Source: Sphaeroforma arctica JP610
Lineage: Eukaryota
Reading direction: 5' to 3'
Length of the DNA: 42,465 nucleotides
Assembly: GCF_001186125.1 (NCBI RefSeq)
Contig: NW_014040348.1
Location: 1-42,465 of the forward strand
Shown: positions 39,001 through 42,465 of the stretch, one piece after another
How positions within the stretch are numbered: position 1 is the first letter of the stretch
Layout of the letters: every line of letters begins with the position of its first letter
Notes under the pieces: model-generated
What the model was told of the DNA's origin: nothing
The model's database searches: none
Seen by the model: only the letters and a program-made list of their open reading frames with translations
Translations under genes and position numbers: made by a program

Positions 39001-41636
39001 CATCCAAGTGCACATAGCTATGCTCTGTAATGCAACAACCGTGCACTATGAGCAAAACCAGGCGATTTGTATGCATGTTGCATACGGATTGCAACCGTCA
39101 ATACCAGCGCAGACACAAGCAATTGGCTAATGCTGTATTTTCGGTAGGCTACTACTAGACCAAGCTAACCTCTAGATGGGCTGGTAGTGTACAGCGAAAC
39201 ACCTTTCACACAAAGAACATTCTGCCGCACTCAACCTGGAGCGAGTGATCAATATTGCACACTCTACAAGCAAATACAGTCGCAAAAAGTAGAGTATTCT
39301 TTCACGCGCTAGAGATGTAGTAAATGGCTTTCTTTTCTCGTAATATTGTATGGGTATGATAAATTTAATTTACCGAAACACCAGCCGTAACTGTAACTCA
39401 GTTGACCGTACATACAAACATCACTTGATATCTAATGTACCGAAACACCAGCCGTAACTGTAACTCAGTTGACCGTACATACGAACATCACTTGACTTTG
39501 AACTATTGCATTCACAGGTAGCATCAGATGGATCACAGAAATGATTGGGAAGAACCTTAGCACTTCAAGACCCAGAAGCATGGGGAGTATACACAACCCA
39601 ACCTACCCAGAGACCAGATATGCAAGCTTCCACTGAATCGGTAAACGGGGGCATCCATAACATCTGATGAGATCCACCAACTTTACCAAACACAAAACTG
39701 ACCACAAATGCACTCACCCTTATTTTCCCTGTGCCTCGATGTGGGCATGGATCCTGTACCCGAGCTTTTCCGCAGATCTCGTTCGGTGTATTTTGCCACA
39801 GATGCTCGTTCGAATGCTCGTTCGGATGAGTGGAAATCCGTTTGCCGGCTACGTGTCATTGCCCGGGTGCGTGGTGTGGGCATGTCTCGTTCACCAGATA
39901 CACGCTCTCTGTCAGCAGACACGCGCCGTTTGTCAGCTGAGACACAATAACTGTCAATTGAAGTACACTCTCTTTCCTGGCCCCGCGAGCCGCTGTTCGC
40001 ATCCGCATTGCGCGACGTCTTCGCGGTATCTCTCGGTGTATGACCACTGTAGCGATGACTCAACTCTCGATCCGGCTTAGCTACTGGAGTTCCCGAGGCG
40101 TTACACGTGGACGACTCTCGTACCCTCGCGCTACAGTCATGGCGAGTATCTGCCTGTCTCTCCGCTAAATGATCTCGTTCGTGCGAGCGGTACGTAGCCC
40201 TTCTGCGTTGAACGCTCTCAGTCCTTTCGATTGTGCCGTGTTCGTATGTATCCTTGTGTACTGTTGGAGACTTGTTGGTCTCACGAGGGTGATATGATTC
40301 TCTATCTTGCATAGGGGTGCAGTACCTTTGGGGCGAAGTCCTCTCACAGTCATCTTCGCGCACGACCGTATACGACGTCGCATCAAGACGCGCACGTCTA
40401 TCGTCTCCCCTACTCGATTGCCTGCTAACAGATACAACACTGCATTCCACGGACGTTCTGCTGCGCCCTGCAGAGCTTCTGCTGGGATTCGCAGACTCTC
40501 TGCAAGGTTCTATGGATGTACTGATGCATTCAACGTATGTTCTAGCGTACTCTACGGAGTCTTCACTACGCTCTACTGATGTTTTACTTTGTACACTGCG
40601 GCGTTCATACGTTTCGTGATTCTCCTGGGACGATGAGCTGGTTGTCTCTCTTATACTCCTAAAAGTATAAGTACACATCGCGGACAATGATGAGTCAAGC
40701 GTTTCATCGTAAGTATCTACAGCGGTGTAATGCCTTGTATATTCATATAAATGTACTTTAAAGCGTTCAAACGGTATTGTCCGCTCCAATGAGCGCTAGA
40801 GCCCTTAAGTATACACACAAGCGAGAGGGATTCGAAACGTCAAATATCGACGACAAAAATTAAATACGGATGCCCAATTGTGACTTTTTTAACGAACACG
40901 GATCCCGAAGTAATACATTGGCACCCAGTGGCATTGGGCCAACCATTAGTTCTCGAATCTATTAAAGTGAGAGCTGTGACTATCCAGTCTTTAATATAGC
41001 CTGGTTTACGCGGATACAAGAAGCAGGCAGTGGCTTTCAGAGAAGAAACTCAGACACACTCCGGCATAATCACGGAAGATAACCCAACATGATAGGAGAT
41101 ATTGGAATACGTATAGATTTGAAATACTATTATACAAATGCGCCGCGGTGTAACTAAGGCATGAGAGTGGCACATGAAGATATATTGTTATATACAACCA
41201 AAGTTGCGAGGCTGACGAGATGTAGACTTACCGATCTCCATCGTGTCTGTCCGACTCTTCTCGGCCATCATGCCGGTCGACTGGGGTAGTTTTGGTAGAC
41301 ACCTGCAGTACATGCCAAAGATATAGCAAATATAAAAAAGTAGCTGGCAATCTACAGTATTCTCCCAGTACATGCTGTTTTTTTCTCGGTAACTATCAAG
41401 ATTCGTTAGTTGGCATTACACCACATTCACGTGCCAATATTTGTCGGATATGAATTCGGCTCATACAATACATTCGATATATATAGTTGAGCTGAGAGCA
41501 TAGACGTGCGGGGACAATAGAGTACCTTTGAAATTCTGATGTTATCGTCAGAAACGACGATGCTACGTTCTTTCAATTCTTTGCCTGGTGCTCCGCCCCG
41601 TCTACGAGAAACGCGAAAATCCAGTTGCCCACTCAT
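36048..41636 (-). CDS. SETD8: SET8/PR-Set7 (KMT5A)-like histone H4K20 methyltransferase; exons 41636-41526, 41302-41232, 40658-39718, 39024-38796, 38365-38173, 37844-37732, 36854-36771, 36595-36511, 36173-36048; ~650 aa
   Basis: Spliced SET domain: [11 protein letters not shown]...[13 protein letters not shown]...GSYMYHF...[18 protein letters not shown]...[37 protein letters not shown], ending in the SET8-type YDYGDR...PWL. All 8 introns are GT-AG with consistent phases (1953 nt). The start codon and 5' exons are less certain than the SET exons. Confidence 0.88.
39371..39495. repeat. 58-bp direct repeat, 67 bp period (intronic)
   Basis: 39371-39428 and 39438-39495, one mismatch. Confidence 0.95.
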
Positions 41637-41809
41637 GGCCACTCTCTTTTCTTTACCTGCTATCTGGTGGGACAAGGTGATGTTATAAAGCACGTTAAAA
41701 TTCGTGTGTGAGTGGCCTACCACAGAGTAATCAAACCTAACTTTGGCAACGAATGCACAAGCTGGAGATGCACGCAAAAACAAACGTATTTGTATACTCA
41801 GAAATATCT

Positions 41810-42044
41810 CAGACACAGACAGACACACATAGACACAGACATAGACACAGACAGATACAGACAGAAACACATAGACACAGACAGACACACATAGACACAG
41901 ACAGACACACATAAACACAGACATAGACACAGACAGACACAGACAGACACACATAGACACAGACAGACACACGTAGACACAGACATAGACACAGACAGAC
42001 ACACATACAGACAGACAGACACACATACACACATACACACAGAC

Positions 42045-42120
<76 letters not shown>

Positions 42121-42125
42121 TATAA
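41810..42125. repeat. Compound microsatellite (AGACAC/AGAC/AC) followed by (AT)n
   Basis: Directly visible simple repeats. Confidence 0.95.
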
Positions 42126-42247
42126 ATAGAAATAGAAATATACTTGTTTATAAATAAATATGTTTGTGTTTATACGTATTTGTATATATACTTGTGTATA
42201 AATACAACTATATATGTATACCCGCACACATATTTACTCTTTCTCTC

Positions 42248-42385
42248 CCACACACACACACGCATGTATTTTTACATATATATATAAACATAAAATTCTA
42301 TATATGAATACATGCACACACACACACACACACACGCATATATTTATATATATATATAAACATAAAATTCTATATATGAATACAT

Positions 42386-42430
<45 letters not shown>
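42248..42430. repeat. (CA)n/(AT)n repeats with a duplicated spacer
   Basis: tataaacataaaattctatatatgaatacatg(ca)n occurs twice. Confidence 0.9.
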
Positions 42431-42465
42431 CGAACATGTGTACTCTCAAATAGAAAAATCCATTG

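Noticed and set aside
41712..42453. CV/YI/HT-repeat ORFs
   Set aside because: Microsatellite translations. Only 41636-41526 of the 41427-42227 ORF is used in the gene model.

Overview
Eukaryotic, intron-rich genomic window from a draft assembly with two N-gaps. The gene content (SET8-type methyltransferase, CWC15, VTI1) looks opisthokont, possibly a unicellular holozoan; that taxon guess is inference only. Four spliced host genes can be rebuilt by hand: VTI1 (+, 2 exons), a J-domain co-chaperone with a probable mitochondrial presequence (-, needs a GC-AG intron), CWC15 (-, 5 exons, 228 aa) and a SET8/PR-Set7-like H4K20 methyltransferase (-, 9 exons, ~650 aa). The 13-33 kb interval is mostly decayed transposons. 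It holds a 5'-truncated LINE plus a 77-bp tail-less copy of its 3' end with a 9-bp TSD, a minus-strand Ty3/gypsy relic (C), and two related plus-strand Ty3/gypsy elements (B nested in A, then collapsed by a deletion). The best lead is the A/B family: both carry an in-frame UGA at the same gag-pol position (candidate programmed readthrough), a DPG protease motif and no tRNA-type primer-binding site, and A has atypical zinc knuckles. A possible tyrosine-recombinase ORF runs off the left edge. All calls come from reading the sequence; no searches were run.
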